NCBI RefSeq assembly: GCF_028641065.1 | Contig: NC_073381.1 | Location: forward strand, 77,624,001 to 77,688,000 | From: Leucoraja erinacea | Lineage: Eukaryota | Reading direction: 5' to 3' | DNA length: 64,000 nucleotides | Shown here: piece by piece, positions 1-13,367 of the stretch | How positions within the stretch are numbered: the first letter of the stretch is position 1 | Layout of the letters: every line of letters begins with the position of its first letter | Position numbers and translations under genes: made by a program | Notes under the pieces: generated by a model | Databases searched by the model: none | The model's input: only the letters and a program-made list of their open reading frames with translations | Told to the model about the DNA's origin: nothing

Positions 1-1514
1 CCGTTCCTTCCTACACATGTTAGAGAACAGGACCAACGTGCTTTGGAAATAGAACAGAAAATGTAGGCAGCTCCTGTGGAGAAAGTAACAAAGTTCATGT
101 TTCATGTTAATGAACTTTCATCAGAAGTATTTTCTCCTTACCTTCTGGCAGCAACCTCTCAGGTGTTACTTTTCTATTAAACCTGGAAACGTGGTCAATG
201 GGGGACAAAAGGTCTATACCGTACAAGATATGGGGGACATGGAGTATTAATAAACCAATAATCCAGGGTTGATATTTACTTTTTGGACTTGGACATCACT
301 GGCATGTTTTCTTTATCCCTAACTATACTTGAGAAGGTGCCCCACTGCCATCTCTTGAAGCATCGCTTCGTTTCAGGTGAAAATGCTCCTGTAGTTGAGC
401 CATTGCTGAGGGAGCGTTAGTGTTTATATATAACGGTAATGAAGGAATGAGAATGTATTTCCACGTTAGGATAGTGTGTGGCAGGAAGAAATCTACTGCC
501 AGCGGTGATGTTTTCGTGCACTTGAAAGAACAATTGCCTATTCATGTTCTCCAGAGATGGTTAATCCACCATTTTAGTTAAATGGTTAATCCACCATTTT
601 GTGCCCTTTTGTGTGAACCAGTATCTGCATTTCTCTTTTCCACACTTGAAATACCAGAGATGCTAATTGAGGAGGTATTGTCAGAGTATCCTCGATGAGT
701 AAATGGTTTGCACTGCAGCCGCTGCATGTTGGTCGTTTGAGAAAATGATTTTTTTGGGTGGCAGATCGAATGGAAATCAAGTAACCTGCTTTTTCCCAGA
801 TTGTGTCGAACATCTGGATTGTCATTGGATTTGCACTAATCCGGGGAAGTGGAGTGTGTTCCATCACAATTGTCTTGGAGATTTGAAACGGCTTTGGGGG
901 TGAATATTGGATCGGTTATTCAAAGACGAGTTCACTGCACTTCATGACAGCTAGGAGAATTTAATTGAATAACTTATATAAATTGGAAAATAAAATTAGG
1001 TATCAGTAATGGTGACCATGCCATAACAAAATAATTGGGTTTCAGGGAAGAAAATAGGCAGCCATTCCCCCCAGTCTGTCCTCTATATGTGATTTCTAAC
1101 TCATGGCATTATAGATGACTCTTAATTCACTTTGTAATGTGGAAGCAAACCTTATCAGAATTCCAAAGAAAAGCTACAATAAGAATGGATGTATTATCCA
1201 GCATTGACAACAAAACACCCAACCCAGTTAACGCTGCAAATTGTTGATTCGATGGGAATATGTGCCAAAACTGGAGGTCTTTTCCCCCATTCATTGTATG
1301 TTTCAACATTGCCCCATTCTCCTAATATACCTCTTCAGAGATGTCATACCCATCAGCAGGTGAGACCCACTCCAGAATTGGCCTCTCCAGGCCTGTCAGC
1401 CAGTCAAAGGGATCAGAGCAACCTCCAAGGGAGAGCAGAGCAAAGGCAATAGTAGTGCAAAGACAAAAATATTGCCCCCGAAGACTATCTAGTTTGGAGC
1501 TTATATGGAGATTT

Positions 1515-1735
1515 TATAACCTGATGGTTGTTGGGAAGAAGCTGCTCCTGAACCTGGAAGTTCCAGTTTTCAGGCTCCTGTACCTTCTTACTGATGGCAG
1601 GAGTGAAATGAGAGTGTGGCCCAGGTAGTGTGGATCTCTGATGCTGCATTTTTGAGAAAGTGACTCCTGTAGATGCCTTTGATTGTGGGGAGGTCAGTTC
1701 CTGTGATGGACTGGGCAGTGTTCGCCACTTTTTAT
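1515..1735 (-). mobile_element. Rex1/Babar-type LINE 3' fragment
   Basis: Reverse strand encodes an LPSVRRYRSLKT..RFRSSFFP-like terminus. Related fragments at 4700-4990(-), 8240-8900(+), 9200-9560(+) and 59300-59430(-). Confidence 0.65.
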
Positions 1736-3849
1736 CTTCTTCGTTCCTTCTTCTTTGGTATTATTGATGAATGTTTAAATACCTATTAAAATCCCTTTCA
1801 CCCTCAACTGATACAAATTATCGGCCACATGGAGTGTATGCGCACTTGGTAAATGACAACGGATTTAAAAGGGTGAAAGCCTGAGTTTGGACCATTTCTC
1901 CAAGAGATTGAGGTCCAGTATTTCGTCCCAATGTTATTCCACCTTTTAGTGTGTAACAGAGAGATCAACCACAACTGTTACTATTGTGGGATCTGTGATA
2001 ACACAATGAATACAAAACAGTAAAATAGTAATAGTGAGCATCAGACTCCCAACCAGCTATTGAAGCTTGAAATTATCCAATAGCCTCTGGTGTCCATTCA
2101 GAATATGAACACATGTGATTGTGAAGAAGGGTCCCGACCCAAAACGCCACCAGAACGTTCTCGAGAAGTGCTGCCTGGCCCGCTGAGTTACTCCAGCACT
2201 ACATGTGATTACCTGTGATTTTTGCCCTGGGCTACTGAAATACACTGCAGAAAATTAGCTTTAAACATAAAATTGCTATTTCAGTAGTTCCTTTCACATC
2301 CCCAGGACATCCCAAAACACTTGACAACAAACTAAAAAATCTGACTAGGTTGCTTCACAGAAGAATGAGAACCTGGATTGTGGAATCAGCATGGGACGAC
2401 GGTATTTAGACCATCACCTCTGCACCAGCTCTCTGAGAGTTCTCCACTTAGCCCTGCACCTCCACTCCTTCACAATATCCCTGGGATGGTCCTTTTGTGT
2501 AATCATCACACTTTGAAAGTGACTATTCTAGTTGCATTATACTTTCAAGCAATATAATCCTTATTACAACAACTTGACATTTTAAAACAAATTTCTTTGA
2601 CACATTCTTAGTTTTAATTTTGTTTATTGTTACATATATCGAGGTACAGGGAAAAGCTTTTTTGTTGCGTGCTAACCAGTCAGCGGAAAGACTACATGAC
2701 TACAATTGAGCCATCCACAGTGTACAGATACATGATAAAGGGAATATATTTAGTGCAAGATAAAGTTAAGCAAAGTCTGATTAAAGATATTCCGAGAGTC
2801 TCCGGTGAAGTGATGGTAGCTCAGGACCGCTCTCCAGATAGTATAATTCAGTTGTCTATCATCTTAAATTTAGGTCCTCGTGTTATAAATCTGCCTACTA
2901 CTAAATACATTTTCCTTATTTTTTTTCCATCAGGATGACTGCTTGCTCTTCAAAAAATGCCATGGGATCTACAAATCCCCAAATGCATGGGTAGATACTT
3001 AGTTTAACATCGCACCTCATTCAGAAGACAGCTGCCTCAAAATCAGATCACATAGCACACAGCATGTTAGAGTGATAGTCAGAAAGAGGTGTGGCCAAAT
3101 CTGGGCTGATACAATTTTTACCCTAACTCATTTTAACCTTCCGACATTTTCAACAACTCCCATCCTCCTTCCCAGATTCTAACAACTTATCACCAGAGCA
3201 ATTTACAGTGGCCCAATTAACCCACCAACCAAAACATTTGTGGGATGTGCGAGGAAACCAGACCACCTGGAAGAAACTCACTTGATCACAGAGAGAACAT
3301 ACAAATTCAATAGACAGCACCAGAGGTCAGGATTGAACCTCGTCACTGGAGCTGTGAGGCAGCAGCTCCATTAGCTGCACCACTGTGTCGCATTGAGTGA
3401 ATTTAATGTCTATAAATATCTGTAAAGGTGGACATAAAATAGGATGTAGACACAGTGAACTGCAGATGCTGGAATCTTACAGAAGCAACATGCTAGAGTC
3501 AACATTTCAGCGGGTCAGATAGCATCTCTGCAGGACATGCATCGGCAATGATACGGATCGAGTTTGAGAAAGGGTGCTGTCCCGAAATGTCACCTACCCA
3601 TGTCCTGCAGATGCTGCCTGACCCGCTGAGTAACTCCAGCACATTGTGTTCTTCATAGAAATTAAGATGATAGAGGAGAAAAGTTCATGCCTCATGGAAA
3701 TTGACTTTGTCGTTCGATTAGCACCTCTTACAAAGGCATTTAATTTATTGGCTTTAGCAAAAAGTCATAATTGCAGTCACAAGTGACTGACCACTATCAA
3801 TAGACAATAGGTGCAGGAGTAGGCCATTCGGCCCTTCGAGCCAAGATTG

Positions 3850-4530
3850 GGGAAGCTTGAGTGATAAAGGACTTTGTAAGTTTGATCAAGTAAAGGACGA
3901 GGGATCATATGACAAGTATAGGCAACTGGAACAAGTGAGTATCTTGAGGAATATAGAGGGTACAGGAGAAACCATAAAGGGATTAGAAGCATATAAAGGT
4001 TCATGAAATATCCATGGCAGGTAAAATTAAGAAATATTCTCTACATATTAGGAATAAGAGGATGGCCAGGTAAAGAATGGGTCTTTAAGGAACCAAAGGA
4101 CTAATCTTTGTATGGTGCCAGGGGATCTGGCATCCTAAGTGAATACTTCTCATCAGTATTCACCAAGGAGAAGTATATGGAAGGTAATAGGTTCATAAAG
4201 GCTATGCGATTATCTGTTGCAGGATTAAGGACGTGCATGATTTGATATCTTGAAACACATAAGGGCCAATACATTACCATTTTCCAATGATAGGGGTATC
4301 ATAAACAGGAGGGCATAGGGAATGTTTTTTACTCGGAGCTGTTGATATCTGGATCATGCTGTCGGAAGAAGTGATAGAATCATGTGGTAGACACAATTAC
4401 TGGTTTATGAGGCATTTAGACAGCCACCTGCACAGGTACAGCAAAGAAGGATACAAACCTAATTCAGGCAAGTGCGATCAGTGGGAAAAAAATGTGCCAT
4501 GAACGTGGTGGGCTGCAGAGACCGTTTCTG
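3850..4530 (+). mobile_element. Highly degenerate CR1 fragments
   Basis: CR1 hallmarks such as gaatacttctcatcagtattcaccaaggag. Confidence 0.6.
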
Positions 4531-5295
4531 GGATGTGCACTTTAGTACTTCTACGACTTCCCCTTTCCTAATTCCCTCCTGCAATGATTGTATTAGATGC
4601 ACCAGAGCAGTACAGGCTCTTTCACAAGTTTTATTCACCTTCTTGGCATTTGCACCAAGATCGAAAGGCCATAGATATTTTTGAGAAGTTGTGTTTCCAA
4701 AATAGTCAAGAGTCAAGTGTTTTATTGTCATATGTCCCGGATGGGGCAATGAAATTCTTACTTGCTGCAGCACAACAGAATATGTGAACATTGTACATGA
4801 CCGGGGGGGTGGGGAGTTCATGTAATAACAAATATAGTGCAAATAATAATATAGTCTTTTGCAGTTCAGAGCTCATAGCTTATTCGTTGTGTTTAATAGC
4901 CTGATGGCTGTGGGGAAGAATCTGTTCCTGAACCTGGACATTAGTTTTCAGGTTCCTGCACCTTCTTCCTGATGGCAGTGGTGAGATGAGTGTATGTGTG
5001 TGTGTGTGATCTAATGAGGCTGTGGTCGTCTCCTTTGCCATACACCATCTACAAAGATATGTAATGATGTTTGATAACTATTTTGTCTATATTGTAAAAT
5101 GATTAATGTGATATCAAATCTTACATTTGTTATCTAGTATCTTTTACAGTGTTGCAGCACAGCCATTGCAGTTAGCAGCCGACAAAGAACTACCTTCCTT
5201 CAATTTATTTTAGATTTATTGCGAAGCATTTCAGAGGGCAGAATTCACATCTATCGACGTGCTCTTGATGCAGGTTCAGTGATTATTAATGCTGA

Positions 5296-5406
<111 letters not shown>

Positions 5407-7555
5407 CTGCCTTGTGCAGCACAGCCAGAGATACAAAGTCAACAACTATTAGCAACCTTTAGGAATATGTGAAGTTTCCCTCTGTGATCTCCAGCACCTC
5501 TGGCTTCCACATTTGTCTTAAGAAATGAAGAGAATTGATTTGTCATGTGAGGCTATTGAGAATTCAAACTGCTGAACAGTGACTGGTACATTGAACCTCT
5601 GTATAAGGAACTATGTTGGTCTTAGGAAAATATTGTTCATTATAGATAAAGTGCAAGTTGTGTGTATTTTACAACTCTTCAAGTGATTATAGAATGCCCA
5701 GGATGCTTGAACAGCTCACACAATGAACTAGTTCTTTTAAGAAACATGAAGCTGCTGTCCAATGCATCCGGCATGAAGTTGTTCAACGGCATTCCTTGCC
5801 ATTGGATTCTCTCCATAATACAGTGTTTCTAGCAAACTTTAGTCTGCTTATCCAGGCTGACAACTGCATTAGGAGTACACTGGGCTACGTTGACAATCAC
5901 ATCTAGACCTGCAGTTTGTGTAACTTAGTTACTGTGAGAGCTAATACTAAGTTAGCAACTGGATTCATAAACGTAATTGCTTTTATGAGGATAGTCACTT
6001 TTTGTAAAGCTTGACAAGAAGAATATACATAAACGATGTGTTGTGCCTTAAAAGAAGACAGTCTTGGTGTGTTACAATGTAACTTTTGTTCCACAAATGT
6101 GTAGATAAATTCTTTGTGATGATTATTTTTTGACATGACCAAATTATTAAAAGAATCAGAAGTAAAAGGTTTCTGCATTGTAAAAGCAGAGAAGCAATGT
6201 TCCAGGCTGTTGGTCTAAACAGGAAATCAAAAATTGGAGAGTTTTTGTGTTTTACTTGGATTTTAGTGTTTAATTGTAAATTACAATCCTTAATAATATC
6301 CAGGAGAAACGTTTTAATTTAAACTGTGAGGTAATCTATTTTAGTCATTAAGAAACAGCTTGACACTTTTTGACATTATGCTAGTTTTACCATTTCTGGG
6401 AAATTTCTTAAAAGAATTTTGGTTTGGGCACTTATTTGATTTCATGCAAGTCTATATTTTCTTTAAATCTGAAAAATATACTTTCCCATCCTCACCGACT
6501 ACATATAAACTTTATCCTAATCCATCCCTCCCTTTCTCCTTCCTCCATGTGACATCTCTGGACAAAAGGGAATAAATGCATTGATAAGGGTTTTGATCAA
6601 GTTTAAAGGCTTACTGCATTTTCACCAATCGATTAATTCTACAAATAGTAAGTCAACCAACTTCCCACGTTGAGATTTTCTTTCTAAACCAATATTGCAA
6701 TTACTAGTGTATTTTAATTACTTGGTTCATAAGGCATACCTATTAATAAAGACAATATTTAAAGCCTTTAAACTAAATTTCTCTTGTACGAAATAAATGT
6801 AGTTGTGCATTAGGTTTTTTTACGGCATTTTGGCAGACAGGATAAAGCATGTTAAGAAAGGGTAATAGTAGGATTGAATTAAAATACTAAAACATAGCAA
6901 TATTTTTTTTTCTAAATATATAAAATTGCTTCTATAATAGCTCAGTTGCACCTTTGTTGAACCTCCCGAGTATTACCTTATCAATTTCTGCATACAATCT
7001 GACTTTGCTGTGTACCAATGATAGTTCTGTGATATATAGGGTTCTGACATTTTGTGTCTATTTATACAGAACCTCTGCACAGTTTAAAAGTACCAACATT
7101 CTGATATCCCTATCACACAAGCATCTCCCTCCTGACTAAATAAAAAACAAATTGTACATAATATAGACTGGATATTCTGCCAATATGCTGTAACTCAAAT
7201 TCCCCTGAGCTCTGTGTGTGATTTAGTATGGGGGATATTCAGAGAATGCACACTACATTGATACATCACTCTGATTTATCTAACTTTATTCCTACAGATA
7301 CCAGCTATGGGGCTATAGAATCATATGTATTGGCCACACAGCAAACGTTTAGTGGCAACACTATTACTGTTTATGTTTTTTTTAATTTATTTTGATTGTG
7401 CTTTCTGAACATTAAAATCAATTCTTGTGGAAATTTAAATGGTCCTGGGTTTTTTTGTAATATATTTAGTGTGAATTATCTTAAATTTACATGTACAGAA
7501 ACAGTCTTGATACTTCTGTGTTTCGAAATGAATAAAGCAAACTAATTTCAATGAT
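5407..7555 (+). other. EYA4: EYA4 3'UTR with candidate polyA signals
   Basis: AT-rich ~2.1 kb stretch after the stop with no recognisable TE. AATAAA at 6571, 6745, 6792, 7139 and 7531-7536; TE debris resumes shortly after the last one. Confidence 0.65.
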
Positions 7556-10500
7556 TAAAACAATCTCAGTTTTTGGGACACATGAATGCTTGTTTCATTT
7601 AGTAACTTTCAGTAGTCTAAATATATAGCGGTAATATACCAGTAACAGTGAAGAGGGTCCCAACCCGAAACATCACCCATCCTTTATCTCCAGGTGCTGC
7701 CTGACCCATTGAGTTACTCCAGAGGACTGTTAAAAGGTGAATCACAGAAAGGATGGATGCCAGGCAAGGGTAAATTGGGGAAGGTTAATGGAGGCAGATT
7801 TGAGGATGGGTTTTAAGAGTAGGGAGTATTGAAGCAAGAATTTCATACTATAGTTGGAGGTGAAAGGGGAACAATCATCAGCCTTTGCGATGAATTAGTT
7901 TGTTTAGGTTTGAATTGAAGAATCTATTCATTATTGAGTTTGGGTGAAATAGGAAGAGGTAAACAATGGCGTAAGCATTCAGCTTTCCTTCCACCACCCT
8001 CAACTGTCCGCACCACAATACCAGGGTGTCATTTCATCCTGAGACGGGGGAACGTTAGAATTAGTGAATGTGATACATTGTTCTTGGGTACCAAGCTTGA
8101 TGTTGCGTAACAGGCAGGGTCTGCAGATTGTGAGATATGTAGTTGAAGTTGGAGAAGGGTGAAGTGTTTAAAGGTGTGCATGGCATAGGTTAGAGTTCAC
8201 TACTGATATTCACTACTAACCTGAGATTCACCTCAAGAAACACATGCACTGCCCCTGATTTACTCTTTGCACCCATGACTGTGTGGCCAAGCATGGCTCC
8301 AATTTATATATTCAACAATGACACCACTGTTGATGCTGAATCGTGGATGGTGATAGGTCAGCATGCAGGAGATAGAATACTTGGGTTGAGCGGTGCTGCA
8401 ACAACCTCTCGTTCAATATCAATAAAACCAAAAAATATTCAGTAAAGGAAAATCAGGAGACCACATGCTTTTTTTTATCGGTAAGAGGTGAAAATAATGG
8501 ATGTAATCACGGAGAAGGATCACCTGTGCCTCTACTTTATTAAAAGTTTTTAGAGATTCAGCATTTCACTGAATATTCCAGCAAACCCTCTCCACATGCA
8601 CTGCTGAAAGTATCCTGACTGGTAGCACCATGGCCTGCTACGGCAATTCCAAGGGGCTGCAGAAGGTGGTGGACTCAAGACTGGTCTATCAGATACAACC
8701 AACCCCACCATCTGAGGCTCAGCCTCAAGGAGGCAACATTTTATCATCATGGATCTCCACCATATGCACAATCTGCTCTTATCGCTCCTGCCATTAGACA
8801 GGAGTTACGTAAGCCATAGATAAGCTAGTACGACATCATCGGGTTCAGGAACAGCTACTTTCCTATAAGCAACCGCCTCTTGAATTGACCTGCACAACCA
8901 ATGGTTACAATGATACTTTAGTGATTATTTGTATACAGTTCAGTACAAGTGTCACTATACAAAAGCACGTAGATCCCTCACCCTACCTCAGCAACGGATC
9001 ACCTCATGCATTACCAGACTTTCTTTTAATTGTTTTACACTAATAGTTTTTTTCCCTTTATAAGTCATACAGCACAGAAACAGGTCCGTCAGCCCAACTC
9101 ACCCATTATGAACAATATGCACCCATCTATGACCTAAATCCCTCTAATCCTTTTCTATCCATTAATTGTTCAAATGAACAATTGCAGTATTGCCAGGAAT
9201 TATTATAAAAAGTGAGCACTGACCAGCCCGTCACAGGCAGACCCCCTCACCATTGAAGAAATTTGTAAGAGGCACTGCACTCCTCCCATCAGGAAGAGTC
9301 CGAAACCTGTAACGTCCACGCTCAGGAACAGCTTCTTCCCAACCACCAGTCTTATCAATTACGACAAATTCCAACTAAACCAAGAACAGCTTTGATTGGA
9401 CTAGGGACTTCAGGTTTTGCACTATATTGTGTTTTTATCTATTTTTTTTGTTTGTTTTTAATATATTATATATCAAGCAGTTTTTACAAATCTGGTGTGC
9501 TGTAATTGTATTACAGGTATTCTCTTTTTGTTACATATGACAATAAAGTACTTAACATGATTTTTCAGGGTTATTGTACCTGCCTTTACTTTTCTTCTGG
9601 TAGCTCATTGCACATTCCCACTATGTGAGACAGTTTCAACTCTCACATTAAACCTATGCCCTCTAGTTCTTGATTCCACTACCTTGGGACTTTTCACCTT
9701 TATCTCTTCACCTCATTTTATACACCCTTTAAAAGATCACCCCTCAGTCCCTAGTGCTCCAGAAAATAGTCCTAGCCTCCTCAACCTCTCCCTATAGCTC
9801 ATAACCCCAAGTCATGCCAATATCCTCGTAAATCTTCCCTGCTCTTTCCAGCTTAATGACATCTTTCCTATAACAAGGTGGCCACAATTACTCTTTGTAA
9901 TTGTTTTGCATTAACGTCTTGTGCCTTTCTGCTTTTCACTACCTTGTATACAGCGCAAACAGGCCCTTCAGCCCAAACTAAGCCCTCAGCCAGAAACAAA
10001 CCCAATACTTCTAGTGCAGGTATACAAAAGTTTTTCACTATATCATATGACTAATACCAATTCTGCAAGTGGTGTTTTGATAAGCTTTGCAAAGGTCAGA
10101 ATGTCTTCAAAAGTGAACAACAATCTCCAAAACATGAAAATACAACTGACATATCTCCCTTTTCTCCCCCGCTGCTTGTAGATAGTTTACATCCAATTGT
10201 TATTAGAATGTGGAAAATAGGTATATACTCAACTTTGAAAATTCAGCTGTGAAGAGAAACAAGTTGTGGGTACAGTGCTGTAAATCACCAGATGGTGGCA
10301 ATAATCTACAAGCAGCATTGCTCACGCAATACCAGTGACCCTGCAATAATGAAGGATTCTTTCAACGTAATTTTTTTAACCAGTGCAGACAGCAAACAGA
10401 AAAGCCAGGAATAGTTTCAACTTCTCCAGTTGAATCTTTTGAAATGAGTATCTTGGATTTGAAATAAGTTTGTTTTTGGTTAAAATCGATTAAATGCTCT

Positions 10501-11063
10501 GTGTGAACTTGAAGTCGACAGATAGTTCATAGAATCTATCCAATGGGCAAGATACAATACCATCTTCCTGTGCTGCATATTTCAATAATCCTGAAACTAT
10601 CTTAAAGGGCCTTGGCAGAAAGCAGCACCCAACCCGAAGGTATTTCCGTGTTAATGACAAAGCAAGCAGTGATTAACACACCTCAACTCTTTGTTGGCTC
10701 TATATATAGCAAGTAAAATATGACATTTTAGCTTAATGAATTGATAATAATTAGCCTGGACACTTTCAACATATTTTCCAGTATTCAACTGGTACAAGCG
10801 ATCAGAAATACGCTAATGTTAACATGCCATTTTTGCCTGAGCATTGCATGGCACTTGTTTTGATTATGGCCGAAATCAGTGTCTATTAAAAAAGACTGGT
10901 ATGTTGCTTTGAAAGATTAGTTGTCATTGAAAATGTAGTCAGCATGTACATTTTCAATACAATCAGTGAAGTATAATGCTCATCCTAGAGACAGCAATAC
11001 ATTTTGTGCATTTGGTCAAAAAGGAGTCAGTTTTAAAGTGTTTTTATTTTTTATTAAAACATA

Positions 11064-11123
11064 TTACTTCGCCCTGAAATAGTTGTCAATGACATCCTTG
11101 GCTTGCGAATCCTTGCCATAATC
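11064..11123 (-). CDS. RPS12: 40S ribosomal protein S12 (eS12), last coding exon DYGKDSQAKDVIDNYFRAK*
   Basis: Acceptor ttttcag|, stop TAA at 11066-11064, AATAAA on the minus strand at 11050-11055 and 11043-11048. Confidence 0.95.
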   Translation of the reverse strand, partial: DYGKDSQAKDVIDNYFRAK

Positions 11124-11796
11124 CTGAAAATAAGAAAAAACATTTAATATGTGCATTGATATGTCTCATGATCCCCAAAACAGAAAAATTAAAGTATTTG
11201 ATAATGAAAGTTTCATGTACTAAAGCAATGAGCAACAACTCTCAAAGCATCAAGCCAGGTTGCTTACTATATGGATTCTTAAGTTAAAATTGCACACAAA
11301 TTTTGTTTTGTAAATAGAGAAACATCTTAAACAGATATCAATCAGCAAGATAGTTGGAGTAATGACAGATATAATTCATTCTTGACAGGGTCCAGCAAGG
11401 GTAGGACAGAGAGTAAATGGTAAGGTCTGACAACATATTAATTGAACAGAGGAGCTTTGGGATACACTTGAATTGTTGAAAGGGACAGCAAAGGAAGATA
11501 GGATGAAGACAGCATTTGGGATACTTGCGTTAATCAGCCATGACATCAAACATAAAGAGCAGGAACATTATATTACAACTTTATAAAACATTGGTTAAGC
11601 CACGCATGGACTTTTGTACATAGATATGTTCATAACACCATAGGAAGGATGCGAATGGGTTGGAGAGAATGCAAAGGAACCACCAGTTGCCTGGGGTGGT
11701 GGTAGTTGCACCAGTATAGGATAGTAAGATTCCCCATGGTGAGGTGTTTAAAACAAGAGAGTATGGGTTTAACATGAGAAGCATGTATTTAGAGAT

Positions 11797-12246
11797 CAAA
11801 ATACCAAAAACTCCCCTCACCTGCCAATTCACATGGACATCTTCAACCCACCCACTGCTCGACTTCCATCTAGACGACCAATTTGGAAGAACCCACCACC
11901 AGCTGATTTCACCATCCAATCAGCTTGGAAAAAGGAATGGGAGTCCAAGGACGTCCCAAATAAACATCTGGTGTCAGACCCCACCCTACCGGTTCCTGGC
12001 ACCAATCTCCCAAGGAAGCAGTGGACGATGCTGAATAGATTCAGGACTGGACATGGCCCCTGCCTGACCAGCCTTCACAAATGGGGCAGCAGTCCAACCC
12101 CACGGTGTGCTTGTGGAGAGCAGCAAACAATGCAACACATCATTGAAGCATGCCCTCAACAAAGACTCAAAGGAGGACTTGTCACCCTTCATACAGCAGA
12201 TCAAGAGGCAACTGCTTGGCTAAAGGACTTTGCATTCCCCAATTAC
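11797..12246 (+). mobile_element. RTE/RTE-X-like LINE 3' fragment inserted in an old CR1
   Basis: Open frame LNRFRTGHGPC..LHKWG..PRCACGEQQTMQHIIEACP (C-terminal zinc knuckle); 10-bp TSD atttagagat at 11787-11796 and 12247-12256. Confidence 0.8.
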
Positions 12247-12890
12247 ATTTAGAGATTGGAGTGAGAATTTTTGGTGTCAGAAATATGGAAAGCATAGATC
12301 GAGATGTTGAGGATGGAGGTACTATCACACAAAGATCGTAGAAGGCTCTTACTCTAGTATCTTTGCTATCACATTTACACTGCCCTCCTTAATGTTTGGG
12401 ACAAAGACCCATCATTTATTTATTTGCCTCTGTACTCCACAATTTGAGATTTATAATAGCAAAATATCACGTGGTTAAAGTGCACATTGTCAGATTTCAA
12501 TAAAGGGTATTTTTATACATTTGGTTTCACCATATAGAAATTACAGCTGTGTTTATACATAGTCCCCCTATTTCATGGCACAACAATGCTTGGGACACAG
12601 CAATGTCGTGTAATTGAAAGTAGTTATTTTTAGTATTTTGGTGCATATCCTTTGCATTTGCTTGAAGTCTGTGATTCGGACATCACCAGTTGCTGGATGT
12701 CTTTTCTGGTGATACTCTGCCAGACCTGTATTACAGCCATCTTTAGCGTATGCTTGTTTTAGGGGCTAGTCCCCTTCAGTTTTCCCTTCAACATTTAAAA
12801 GGCATGCTCAATTGGGTTCAGATCAGGTTGACTAGGCCACTCCAAAATCGACATTTTTTAGCTTCGAAAAACTCTTTTGTTGCATTAGCA

Positions 12891-13303
12891 CAGGGGTCGG
12901 CAACCTTGTTCGGCATAGGGGCCAGGATCCCATGTCTGTGAGTGGATGGCGGGACAAATCTACCGCCTTAGTGACACTTGATGTTGTTTTTTGCATTAGT
13001 TTTCACATATTTTTCAATTCGTTTTCTGCAGTTCCCAAGCCTGCCCTGGGACTGGTTGCAGAGCCCATGTTGCCTTCAAGCCCCAAGTCTGGCTGTAGCG
13101 CCACGGTCAGCTCACCTGCCCAGGGACTGGCTGCAATGCCCAGGTTGGCTCTTCTGCCCCGGGACCGGCTATAGCGCCCAGGTCTCCTGCGTTGCAGTTC
13201 CAAGGTCGCGAAAACAAATTGAAAATAAAAATACGCCTGCGGGCTGGATGATTTCGGGTTACGGGCCAGATGCCACCCGTGGGCCGTAGGTTGCCGACCC
13301 CTG
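12891..13303. mobile_element. hAT (Charlie-like) MITE inserted in the Tc1
   Basis: TIR CAGGGGTCGGCAACCT...AGGTTGCCGACCCCTG; 8-bp TSD cattagca/ctttagca. Confidence 0.9.
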
Positions 13304-13367
13304 CTTTAGCAGTATGTTTGGGATCATTGTCTTGCTGTAGATGGAACGGCCGGCCAATGAGTTATGA

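Noticed and set aside
557-600. 19-bp direct repeat atggttaatccaccatttt; similar local duplications at 60053-60190
   Set aside because: Isolated small duplications within repeat debris with no further structure.
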